Below the pieces are notes generated by a model. The model had not been told where the DNA came from, searched no databases, and was given only the letters and a program-made list of their open reading frames with translations. A DNA stretch of 64,000 nucleotides, from positions 62,001 to 126,000 of the forward strand of contig NW_024704856.1 in assembly GCF_018977255.1 (NCBI RefSeq), read 5' to 3'. This stretch comes from Callorhinchus milii. Taxonomy: Eukaryota. Below, piece by piece: positions 1 to 10,509 of this stretch. Position 1 is the first letter of the stretch. Each line of letters starts with the position of its first letter. A program made the position numbers and the translations under genes.

Positions 1-34
1 CTGCTGGGGCTGGTGCTGTATGGTTCAAAGTGTG

Positions 35-160
35 GTGCTTCGGATGAGACGTAAAACCAAGGTCCGGTCTGCCTGCTCGGGAGGACTGTAAAAATCTCCT
101 GACGCTATTCCAAGAGAAGGGAGTGTCTCTATCTCTCTGCGTCTCCTGGAATGATTATCT
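35..160 (+). mobile_element. DeuSINE-type (AmnSINE1/SacSINE1-like) central domain fragment
   Basis: cttcggatgagacgtaaaaccaaggtccggtctgcc...gctattccaagagaagggag resembles the Deu-domain consensus as I recall it. Confidence 0.55.
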
Positions 161-775
161 GTGCCGATGTATGAGCTCTGGGGAAGGGATGGGCTGTGTT
201 CTGGAGACACGTTTTCTCTTTCGATTCTGGTTGCCATGACATATATGAGCGACTTGAACAGATGAGATTGACAAGCGTCAGAGGAACAAACTGTGCGACA
301 ATTAAACCAGAGATTTTAGACAAAGATGTACAGAGGAACCTTTTCCAGGTCTCTTATCTTTTTTTCAACGCATCGAACACGTGAGAAGAGAATGGTCTCA
401 TTGCCCTGAGAGCAGCACAGGAGGAGATTGGGGGATGTGAAGGGAAATTTTAGGCCAGACTGCAGAGAGGGGGTTTAATCAATGGAACAAATTAACGCGA
501 TAGTCATAGTTTTGGGCATAGTGTGACTTTGAGGCGGGAGGAAAAAACTCTGTAGCACCATTTTCCCAGTCCTTGTTAAACTCGATCGGCTCCCTGTCAC
601 AGAGCGGATCAATTTAACGTTCCTCAACTTCCAGTTAAATGCCTTCATGCAATGTAACGCTGTAACTTGCTCTCTCCTTACATTACTGCACACTGCCTCC
701 GCTCGACTGGTTCCAGCCGCCTCCCTGTCGCCCACAGGATCCACTATGATGTGAGATCGCTGAGATTATATCAAT

Positions 776-1140
776 CCCGTAGTGCACTAGTTGTGAAGCT
801 CATCTTCGCAAGCAAAGCAAGAGGACCCGGGTTCCACTCCCAGCAGGTCAATACCTAAGGCAAGTTTCCTTACCCCACTATATGCCGAGCACTGAGTACG
901 ACCCCGGTTGTCAGTCGCTTGGCGGATCGATTTATTTTGATAATTATCCATTGAAACAATCCATGATCGCTCAATGCACAACTGTTTGTGGGGAAATACT
1001 GCTGAGAGCAATTGGATGTTGTATTTCTTCCACAAAATATACAGTCAGCTAACTTCACTGTACATTCTGTGAAGCGCTTTCAGACGTCTTGAAGACGTTA
1101 TCAAGCGCTGTATTAAATGAATATATTATTAAAGTTAATT
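776..1140 (+). mobile_element. Degenerate tRNA-derived SINE copy
   Basis: Diverged head (gggttccactccc), ggcaagtttcctta body and ctgtgaagcgcttt...tattatt tail, matching the 1957-2285 copy. Confidence 0.65.
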
Positions 1141-1877
1141 GTATTATTATATGACGGTTACATTTCAATAATGGTAGCTTCATTATAATCCTAAAGTTTG
1201 ATACATTGCTGTAGAGCATCAACAAGTCGTCTCAATACGCTTCACAGAATATACAGTAAAGTGTAGTGACTGTATGTCATCTGCGGCAAACAGGGCGATA
1301 AGCAAAAGTGTTTCAACAATCTTTGAAAGCAAACGTAAGGAACCCAGCGACAGGCTCTTTTGAAACAAATCATAGACAGTTAAAAAAGTGACTGCATGAT
1401 GAAAATCACAGAGCAAATGTCTTGCAACAATACTTCGCCTATAAAAAGTGCTGTTAATTTACTCTTCAATCTATTGTGTGAAGAGCTTTCCGACGAATTT
1501 GAGAAAGGACGAGGCGCTATATCAAATGCAGGAATTATTCCGCTGATGTTGCAGCAGCTTTTATTCTAAATGTCTCTTCCTTTATCCCTTTGCTGCGCAA
1601 ACCCACAACGGTGACATCAGCGCGAATGCTCACCCGCGTGTGTGCACCAACTGCTCCCAAGTGGGGAGGCGTGTGAGCACTCACACGGACACGCCAGTGG
1701 CTACACATGAACATGTCGTTGGCCACACACTTAATTGCGGAGGTGCGCACATGTACACTCCGGTGGCTACACATGTGTGCGAATGCCGATGAGGTTGTGA
1801 GGGTGAGCTGAGCGTGTGCTTGGGAGAGACACCAGGGCTGGAGCTTTAGCCTGTCCCACTCCAAGGACAACTGTCCT

Positions 1878-1912
1878 GTTAGTTAGTTAGTTAGTTAGTC
1901 AGTCAGTTGGTT
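1878..1912. repeat. (TTAG)n/(TCAG)n microsatellite
   Basis: gttagttagttagttagttagtcagtcagtt. Confidence 0.85.
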
Positions 1913-1956
1913 ATCTAGTGAGCTATCAGGGTTTTGGCTGCTTATGATATGGTGAA

Positions 1957-2285
1957 GTGGAGTCCTGTAGCTCAGTGGTTAGAGCACTCGCTTTGCAAGT
2001 GAGAGACCTGAGTTCAATTCCAGGCAGAGGGCGAAACCTCGGGCAAGTTTCCTTACTCCACACAGAGCCTAATAATAATCCCTCCAAAACCAAAAACAAT
2101 AATAAATTAGTCATTTTCAATCTACGACTGTTTGTGGGACATTGCTGTGCGCAATTGGCTGCCGCGTTCGCCCACAACTATACAGTCAATTCACTTTACA
2201 GTGTGTTCTGTGAAGCGCTTTGGTACGTCCTCCCGACGTGAAAAGCGCTATATCAAGTGCAAGGATTATTATTATTATTATTATT
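1957..2285 (+). mobile_element. Full-length tRNA(Ala)-derived SINE with L2-like tail
   Basis: Pol III A box (tagctcagtgg), TGC anticodon-like loop, B box (gagttcaattcc), body, gacgtcctcccgacgtgaaaagcgc tail and (ATT)n end; more than 12 copies in the window. Confidence 0.9.
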
Positions 2286-2709
2286 CATAAGGTGTGGCTG
2301 AGGGAATGGGAGGCATCTTTGCCTGTCGGAGGCGGCTGGTGGCTGGTGAGAGAGTGAGCGATGGGACAGTTGGGGCTGCTGCTCTGGGACAGGACGGGAC
2401 TGGGCGGGGGCTGCCAACTCTGGAGCAGAGGGAGGTCACGGTGGGAGTCCACGAGAGAGAGAAGGCGGCGTGGGAGGGAGGGAGTGCGGTGGGAGTGAAG
2501 GACAGAATGGGAGGAGCGGATGGAGGGCGGAAGGGTTGCTGAGGAGGAGGAGCATTTCCAGGCAGAGATGGGGAGCGAGGGATCAATGGGACAGTGTCAG
2601 CCCGTGGGCTAAAGAAGCCATCGCGGGGGGTGGGGTATGGGGGGACAGGGATGGCGGTCATGGCTGAATTGCCAGAGAGCGGGAGGGGAGGGAGGACAAG
2701 GCAGCAGAA

Positions 2710-3250
2710 GGATAATGGCGGAGACTTGCGCCAACCTCGCGGGTTTGAAACTGCCGCCAGGAAGTCACGTCACTCTCATCACCTGACCCGGGCGGCATTC
2801 CGAATTGGCGACCGGAAGTGACGTCCGACAGCGCGAGACCTGATCGCCATTGAGTGACGTTTCAATGTCGGGGGGGTGGGGGGCGGGGCCTGAAGCCGCT
2901 CGTGGTGACCAGGCGGTGACTTCACCACAACTCATCCCGTCGGTGCCCGTCCGCGTCCTGTTGTCCCCGACACCCTCGGCCCTCTCCCTCCGCTGCTCGC
3001 GGCTCCCGCTCGGTTTACCCGGGGTGTCCCGAGCGTCCCCGCCGCTCGGCGGCTCGCGGCTCCGCCCCTACGTCAGTCACTTGACGTCACTGCCCGACTC
3101 CCGCCGCCTTTACCAAGATGGCGGGCGCCAGGCTCCTGACGTCACACGCATGACGTTACCGACCGGATCTCATCACCGATAGCAAGATGGCCGTCGCCAC
3201 CTGACTCCCCCCCCCCCCCAACCCATTAACAAAGATGGCCGCCAATGTCC
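2710..3250. promoter_or_regulatory. CpG-island housekeeping-type promoter
   Basis: High CpG density; ETS-CRE overlap CCGGAAGTGACGT (2812-2824); GC box near 2880; TGACGTCA at 3082 and 3137; three YY1-type AAGATGGC motifs (3115, 3184, 3232). Confidence 0.8.
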
Positions 3251-3453
3251 TTCAGAAAGGCACAGAGACACTCTCCTTTACTGCCACTCTCTCTCACACT
3301 CACTCTGTCTGTCTGACATGGAAACAGAGAGTGTCAGAGAGAGAGAGAGAGAGAGACTGAGAGAGACTGACTGAGAGAGAAAGAGAGAGGGAGTACATCG
3401 TGAAAGGTGTGAGCCGTGGGCACAGTGTGAAAGGTGTCATACAAACCACAGGC

Positions 3454-3459
3454 TTTATT
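3454..3459 (-). terminator. Polyadenylation signal AATAAA of TRIM-A
   Basis: tttatt on + strand about 83 nt past the TRIM-A stop codon. Confidence 0.55.
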
Positions 3460-3541
3460 GTATAGCGACACGGATTATAAAAGGTTCAGCCTCGTGGCCA
3501 TCACCGCCAAACACAGGTCATGGCTGAGTGTATCCACCACA

Positions 3542-6500
3542 TTAATCTGTCACTCGGCAGATCCTCAGAGGCTCAGAGTTTTTGCCGCCGTCGTTCAAAC
3601 CGGGACCGAAGAATGGATAAAGTTTCTCAGTGAAAGTGTTGGTGAAAGTGTGGAGATGAGACATGTTGTCGGCGTTGTAAAAGGTCACCTCTCCCCCCTC
3701 ATAGTCCAGGAACACTCCCACCTTCCCGGGTCTCTCTCTCAGGGGCAGGCGGGTGGGAGGTGACGTCAGAGCTTTATATTCATCCCCGTTTCTCAGTATC
3801 ACAGCCCAGAATCCCTTCTCTGGTGACAGTGTGATCTGTCCTTTCCTGTTGACAGACTCTCGGGCCAATCCCACATCCCACTTGGTCTTGTTGGCCACCT
3901 GCACCTCCCAGTAATGTCTCCCTGATGTGAAGCCCTCAGACCCCAGGACACAGACATATTTACTAAACCTCTTCGGGGAGTCCGGGAGCTGCTGCCGTGT
4001 GTCTCCGTGTCTCACGCTGGTCAGGTCCTCAGACAGGATGAGCGCGGGATGGGCTGTGTCAGGATCCAGAGTCAGAGAGGCCGGAGCTGAGAGAGAGAAA
4101 CAACACCAAGTGGAGTGAGGGGACGTCTGGAGCTCAGACTGTGTGTGAACACATCTAAAGCTGGGGACACAATCCAGCTCAGAGGGTCACAGTCTGTCTG
4201 GGTGGGGGGAGAGGGGTGAGTGCAAGGTTATGTGTGTGGGTGTGTATGAAGGGTATGTGTGTGTGTGAGAGTGAAGTATATGAGATGTATGTGTGTGTGA
4301 GTGCGTGTGTGTTCGTGGGTGTGTGAGTGTGTGCGAGGGCGTGTATGTGTTTGTTTGAGCGTGTGCTTGTGAGTGTGTGTGTGTGAGGTGTATTAGACGG
4401 TGTCTGATTGAGGGTATGTGGGAGGGTATGTGTGAGAATGTGTGTGTGGGGGGGTATGTGTGAGAAGGTATGAGGGAGTGTGTGAGGATGCTTGTGTGTG
4501 ACAGATTGTGATACTTGTCGTATGAGGGTATGTATGAGATTGTGTATGAGGGTTTGTGTGAGTGGTTGCAGTAGGGTGTTTGTGATGTTGTTTGCGTGAG
4601 TGCGTGTGAGGGTATTTGTGAGGTTGTGTGTGATGTTTGTGTTTGTGAGTGTGTGTGAGGGTGTGTTTGAGGGTATGTGTTTGATGGTGTGCATGAGGGT
4701 ACGTGTGAGGGTGTGTGAGGTGCGTGTGAGTGGGGGTGCGAGAGGGTGTGAGAGAAAATGTGTGTGAGTGTGGTTGTAAGACTTGTTGTATGAGTGTGTG
4801 TATGAGGGTGTATACGAGGGTGTGTGTGAGGGGGTGGGAGAGATAATGTGTGTGACGGCTCTTTGTGAACGTGTGTGTGAGCGTGAGGGTGTGTGAGGGT
4901 GTGTGAATTTGTATGTTTGAGTTGCGTGTGTGAGGATGTGTATGATGGTGCGTGTGAGGTTGTGAGTGATGGTGTGTGTGAGTGTGTGTGTGTGAGTGTT
5001 TGTGAGCTTGTGTGTGGTTGAGGTGTATGTGTGATGGTATGTCAGGATGAGCGGCTCTGTGTGAGGTTGTTTGTGTGTATGTGAGTGTGTAAATGGGGGG
5101 TGATTGTGCGTGAAGTGGTGTGAGAGTGTTGTGTGTGTGGTGTTGTGTGAGGATTTGTGTGAGGGTCTGTCTGTGTGTGTGTGTGAGTGGTTGTGTGAGG
5201 GTGTACGTGAGGGTGTTTGTGTTGGTGTGTATGAGGGGTTGTGTGAAGGTGTGGTTGCAAGGGATTGTGTGAATGGGTGTGCGAAGCGTGTGTGGGGGTG
5301 TGTGTGACGGATTATATATGTCAGGATCTGAGTGAGGTTGTGTGTGAGGGTGTGTGTGAAGACGTGTGTGAAGATGCGTGAGAGGGGCTGTGTGATGGTG
5401 CGTCATGGTGTGTGTGTCCGGGTCTGTGTGAGGGTGTCTGTGTGAAGGTGTGTGTGAGGGATTCTGTCAGGGTGTGTGTGAGGGTGTGTGTGAGATTCTG
5501 TGTGAGTGTGTGTGTGAGTGTGTGTATGAGTGTGTGTGAGCGTCTGTGTGATGGTGTGTGTCAGTGTCCGTGCGAGGGTGTGTGTCTGGGTATGTGTGAG
5601 GGTGTGTGTCAGGATGTTTATGTGAGGGTGTGTGTGGGGCTGTTTGAGGCAGTGTGTGTGGGTCTGTGAGAGTGTGTGTGTGAGGGTGTGTTAGATTGTG
5701 TGTGTGTGTGTGGGAGGAATTTTGTGAGCGTGTACATGATGGTGTGTGAGGGGTGAGAAGATTGACATTGTGACCCTCACTGAAAGCTGGATCAGCCCAG
5801 GTGACACCTTACCGCTCACTGAGGCCACACCACCCGCTACACCTACCACCATGTCCCCCGTCCCAACCGTCATGGTGGTGGGGTGACCCTCATTTCCAGG
5901 TTGTCACTTGCCCTGTCCCCCTACTCCACCGGCTCATTCCGCACATTCGTTCACCTTACCCTCTGCAATGTCTCCCACCTCTCTCTAAAAACCCTCCTAA
6001 TTAACTGCCCCAAAAACCCAGCCCCACCTTCACCTCTGACATCTCCACCCTCTCGCCTCCCTCTGCCTCTGCTCCGAACCCCTCATCCTCGGCCAGTTCA
6101 ACATCCACTTCACGCCCTCCTGCTCCACCGCCTCAGACTTGTCTCTTTTCCTGTATGAGGGAAGTGTGTGGGTGGTGTATGTGTGTGAGGTGTGTGAATG
6201 GGTGTGTAAGTTATGGATGTGTGTGAGGTTTGTTTGAGTGATGTGTGTGAAGATATGTGTGAGGGTATTTGGTGTGCTAGGTGAGCATGTGAGGAATGTG
6301 TGTGTGAATGGTCCGTGTGTGAGGGTTGTGTGTATGAGGTGTGTGTTTGAGCTGTGCATGTGAGTGGTGTGTGTATCAGGTGTGTGCATGTGAGGGGCGT
6401 ATGAGTGAGAACTTTGTGTGTATGTGGGAGAAGTAATAATACCCATTGCATTTGATATAGCGCTTTTTATTTCTTCTCGATGTCTCAAAGCACTACAAGG

Positions 6501-9500
6501 AACAGAACGTAAAGTGAATTGACAGTATATTTGTGGGCGAATCGCGGCAGCCAATTACGCACAGCAGTGTCCCACAAACAGCCTTGGAATGAAAAGAACA
6601 ATTTTTTTTCATTTTGGAGTGATTATTGTCAGTCGTTTGGTGTAAAGAAACTCGTCCAAGGTTTCACCCTGCCTGCAATTGAAGCTTGATGTCGATGGTA
6701 CGAGCGGTTATAGAACTCGCTTTGCAAGCGAGAGACCTGAGTTCAATTCCAGGCAGAGGGCGAAACCTTGGGCAAGTTTCCTTACTCCACACAGAGCCTA
6801 ATAATAATCCCTCCAAAACCAAAACCAATAGTAAATTGGTCATCTTCAATCCATGACTGTTTTTGGGACATCGCTGTGCCCAATTGGCTGCCGCGTTCGC
6901 CCACAAACATACAGTCAATTCACTTTACAGTATATTCTGTGAAGCGCTTTGGGACGTCGAGAAGATGTGTAAAGCGCTATATCAAATGCAAGGATTATTT
7001 GTGGAGTCCTGTAGCTCAGTGGTTAGAGCACTCGCTTTGCCAGTGAGTAACTTGAGTTCAAATCTAGACAGGTCAGGGCGAAACCTTGGGCAAGTTTCCT
7101 TACTCCACACGGAGCCTAATAATAATCCCTCCAAAAAACCCAAAACAATAATAAATCGGTCATTTTTAATTTACGACTGTTTGTGGGACATTGCTGTGCG
7201 AAATTGGCTGCCGCGTTCGCCCACAAATATACAATCAATTCGCTTTACAGTGTGTTCTGTGAAACGCTTTGGGACGTCCTCCCGACGTGAAAAGCGTCAT
7301 ATCAAATGCAAAGATTAAAGATTAAAACTAAGTGTCTCGCTTGCAAGGTGAGCGCTCTGAACACTGAACTACAGGAATTCATGAGGTGTGTATGAGGTGT
7401 GTGTGAGAGTGTGCATGTCTGAGGTGCGTGTGCGTGGTCTGTGTGAAGGTTGTGCTTGAGGGTGTGTGTGTTTATATCTGTGTGTGAGAGAGGAGAGTTA
7501 TGTGTTGGGATCCATGTAAATGTGAAGCTGTTGACACGGCTTCAGGATGAGAATGGGAGACATTTACCTGGGCTGATGCCGTGTATCATCTGTCTCCAGG
7601 CTGTGTACTGTATAGGCCCTTTGTATATCCCCACAGGCAGCTCAGCCTCACACACCGACAGATCAAACCCCTCGTTACTGACCCTGAAATAAGACAAAAT
7701 CACATTATAAAGTGAAACTGCATCTTGTGGGTTTGTGGGTTCAATTCTGGGATATTTGGTAAAGATCATTTCATACCTTGTGTTGCCAGCGGCTTCCTCC
7801 TAATGAAATCAAACACAGACAGATGTCAGCCCACACTGAGACGCGACATGACAAACTCAGTCACCCATCATAGAATTCCGCATCACACAGTTTACTTTCA
7901 TATTTACAGCAACGTTTCTCACTCAAACGACACGGCTTCCGGATACAAAGCAACAAGAAAGTGGGGGCCAGATCTGCTCCACGAAAACCCAAGTTACCTT
8001 CTTGTGTGTGGTGCAAGGGAAAGGGTGTGTGGTACTCAGGGTCTCCTCGAAGCTGAACTGGCCCATAGGTGGCAAGCATGGTAATGAAATATGGAAATGA
8101 AGCCAGGCCTCTTAGATGGTCTATAGCCATATTATCACAGGGTACTCAGTGCTGATGGCAGCACAGCCCGGCCTGGCTCATCGGAAGGACCAGAGAGGGC
8201 CAACCACTTACTGGGGGATGGAAATCCTCCCATTCAGTTCCTGTTAATCCGACAGCGAAATCCCCAACTGGAGGGTATGTGGATTTAGATGGTTAGACTC
8301 CAGCAGTTACCGAACACAAAAAGCGTGCTCCCCCTAAATCTTTGTTCTGGACAACCTCGGGCTTAATCATTACAGAATGAGGTAAATAGGATTTGAGCTT
8401 TCGGATAGAGAGAGCTCATACCATCTCAACCGTTTATCTCTGGGATTTTCATGCGTGGGTGGAATTCTCAGTGTGGTTTGGATAAACTGAATGACGGTGA
8501 TGGGTTTCCACATGTATTGTACACACGGCTCACCAAAACAATCATTACACTCACAGTGCGACCTGCTTAAAAACACACACCAGAATATAACAAACAATTC
8601 ATCACTGATCTGTGTAACAGTCAGATTGTGATTGTCTGCCCCAGACTGTGTGTAACTGTGACTGAACTACATTATAAGGTCACCTCATTACCTGCAGGAA
8701 GGTGAGATCCTCTTTTTTCATCTGCGTCTGTAACTCGGAGAGCTCTTGTTGAGTAGAATCTAATTTGCCCTGAATCTCTCGCAGATTTATCTCCATTCGT
8801 TTTAAAATCTCCTCCTCTCGCTGTCTGAGATCTCGCATCACTCGCTGCTCTATGTCAGTCAGACTCTGGTGCATTTTAGCAAACTCAGCCGTGACTTGGG
8901 TCTCCAGACTCTTCACCTTTTCCTGCAAATGTCAGACATCAAATTATTTCACACAGTAAACAGAGTCACTGAGCCAACCACATCGTATACACACAGTAAT
9001 CAGAGACACTGAGACATCAAACCGTGTACACACAGTAACCAGAGATACTGAGACACCACAGCGTATACACACAGTAACCAGAGACACTGAGATATCACAA
9101 CGGGTACACACAGTAAATTGAGAAACTGAGATATCAGTTGTTAAATCTCACCTTCAGTTGTGAAATCTTTTCTCTCTGTTTGGCTTCAGCTTTTAGAGCA
9201 GTTTCCTTCCTCTGTGTGAGAGAATCTAAGACGTGTTTCACTTTATCCTGGAATAAATACACAGAATTAAAGTGTTTGTGTGTGAAAATATCAAGCCGAA
9301 TAGATATACTCCCTCTTCAGGTATATTCTTACCTTGTAGAATTGAACAGCTTCCTCAATGGGGAGGAAACTGTGACCTCTGTGTTCCTGCCCATGACTGC
9401 AAACTACACACAGCAATTTCATGTCAGATTCACAGAACAGCTTCAGTTGCTCCCGGTGTTTCTCACAGTGAAGTTTATTTTCCGTCTGTGTCGGGGTCAG

Positions 9501-9743
9501 GCCCAATTTTCGTGCTTTCTCTGCTAGACTCGCCAAGGCCCAACTGGCTGTGAGGTTCTTTTCTGGAAATGTCTCCTGACAAACAGCGCAGCAGTTGTTC
9601 TCCTGCTTTTCCCAGCTCCGGGTGACACAGGAGCGACAGAAGTTGTGGCCACAGCCCAGACTAACAGGATCAGTGAAGAAATCCAGACAAACCGGGCAAA
9701 TGATCTCTTCGGTCCAGATCTCAGCCGGGAGTCCAGAAGCCAT
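3542..9743 (-). CDS. TRIM-A: RING-B-box2-coiled coil-PRY/SPRY(B30.2) E3 ligase (TRIM39/TRIM27/nuclear factor 7/A33-like), 473 aa, intact
   Basis: Exons 9743-9333 (411), 9247-9152 (96), 8922-8692 (231), 7799-7777 (23), 7683-7568 (116), 4086-3542 (545); all GT-AG and in frame (1422 nt). C3HC4 RING CPVC..CGHNFC..C..CAVC, B-box2 [20 protein letters not shown] / GRHYWEV / VGVFLDY B30.2 motifs; 96/231/23/116 exon sizes are typical of class IV TRIMs. Confidence 0.93.
4200..5750. repeat. GT-rich low-complexity tract (TRIM-A intron 5)
   Basis: Degenerate (GT)n / gtgtgagg units. Confidence 0.85.
5755..6155 (+). mobile_element. L2 LINE relic, AP-endonuclease region
   Basis: Translates as [25 protein letters not shown]..., resembling the L2 ORF2 APE N-terminus; frameshifted. 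Confidence 0.55.
6433..7382. mobile_element. Nested SINEs: a minus-strand SINE (6433-6685 plus 7325-7382) split by two plus-strand copies (about 6700-6998 and 7000-7320)
   Basis: Tail/body and head of the minus copy lie either side of two tandem plus copies. Confidence 0.8.
8950..9135. repeat. 39-bp minisatellite in TRIM-A intron 2
   Basis: Unit acacagtaaccagagacactgagacatcacaccgtgtac, about 4-5 copies. Confidence 0.85.
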
Positions 9744-9755
9744 TTTGTACCTCAG

Positions 9756-9788
9756 CACTTCCTGATTGAAACTGGTTTCGGTTTCAGT
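9756..9788 (-). promoter_or_regulatory. ISRE/IRF element plus ETS site upstream of TRIM-A ATG
   Basis: Minus strand reads actGAAACCGAAACCagtttcaatCAGGAAGTG, within 45 nt of the ATG. Confidence 0.65.
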
Positions 9789-10169
9789 GTGAGAGTGTAG
9801 GCGGATCCCAGTCACTGAGCTGCCAAACCCTCTCGTACAGTCACTTCTTGTGAAATCAGATGATTGTGACTTTGATCCCAAGAGAAGATGAGAGAGCCTT
9901 GTACAGTGACAAGGACACCCGAGCAAGGAAGGCTTTGGACTGTGGGGAAGCGTAGTGTGCATGTTGGGGTGGGGATGGGGGGGAAGTGGTGGGAGTATGA
10001 CAAAAAGCGCCATCAATTGGATTAGTTTGAGGCTCTGAGACAGACCTAATATCTCTGAGATGGTTTTCCGGAGTGCGGGGTGTACAATGGCTGAAATCTC
10101 ACACAGTGAGGCGGATATTGGGTTGATTTGGGGGTGATATGAAGTTGCAGGCGTTTTTTGAGTGAATGC

Positions 10170-10450
10170 TGTGGCCGGGTCAGTTGTGTTGAAGGAGGTG
10201 GCGGACGAATGGCCGTGTAAGGCAATGAGGGCTTTTGAAATTGAAGGCATGGTCGACGACAAAGACCTTCAGACGGGACTTGAAGGATGTGAGGCAGAGG
10301 AAACGCAGGTAGAGTTGGAGAGTGTGGGGACAGAGATGCTGAATGTCTGACCTCCAATGGTGGGGTGGGAATTGCGGGTGAACTAAAACAGGCCGGTGTC
10401 TGCCGAGTGGAGGGAGCAGACTTTCTGATATGCTTTTATGAAGTAAAAGA
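10170..10450 (-). mobile_element. Old L2 3' fragment upstream of TRIM-A (shared with TRIM-C and TRIM-D flanks)
   Basis: Similar to the L2 3' ORF end (ggaggtcagacattcagc...ccccacactc); paralogous copies at about 34530-34840 and 40430-40730. Confidence 0.6.
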
Positions 10451-10509
10451 AGTAGGGGGGAATAAGACCATGGAGGTGCCTTGAATGAAGGACAAGGCTG
10501 TTCTTTGAG

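Noticed and set aside
1535-1870. 111-aa ORF in a cacatg/gtgcgc-rich stretch
   Set aside because: No recognisable domain or splice context; could not be classified
1907-1918. ttggttatctag match to miR-9
   Set aside because: Only 12 nt at the edge of a microsatellite, with no precursor hairpin
1957-2030. tRNA-Ala gene
   Set aside because: It is the head of a multi-copy SINE, with no proper acceptor stem or Pol III terminator
4179-5406. Long His/Thr-rich and Val/Cys-rich ORFs (also 25805-28529, 30799-32413, 37511-39182, 42594-43267)
   Set aside because: Translations of CA/GT low-complexity intronic or intergenic DNA with no domain signal
9744-10262. N-terminal extension of the TRIM-A ORF (also 35029 and 40178 starts)
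   Set aside because: Runs through an L2 relic and the promoter; the frame is not conserved among paralogs, whereas aaaATGGCT is
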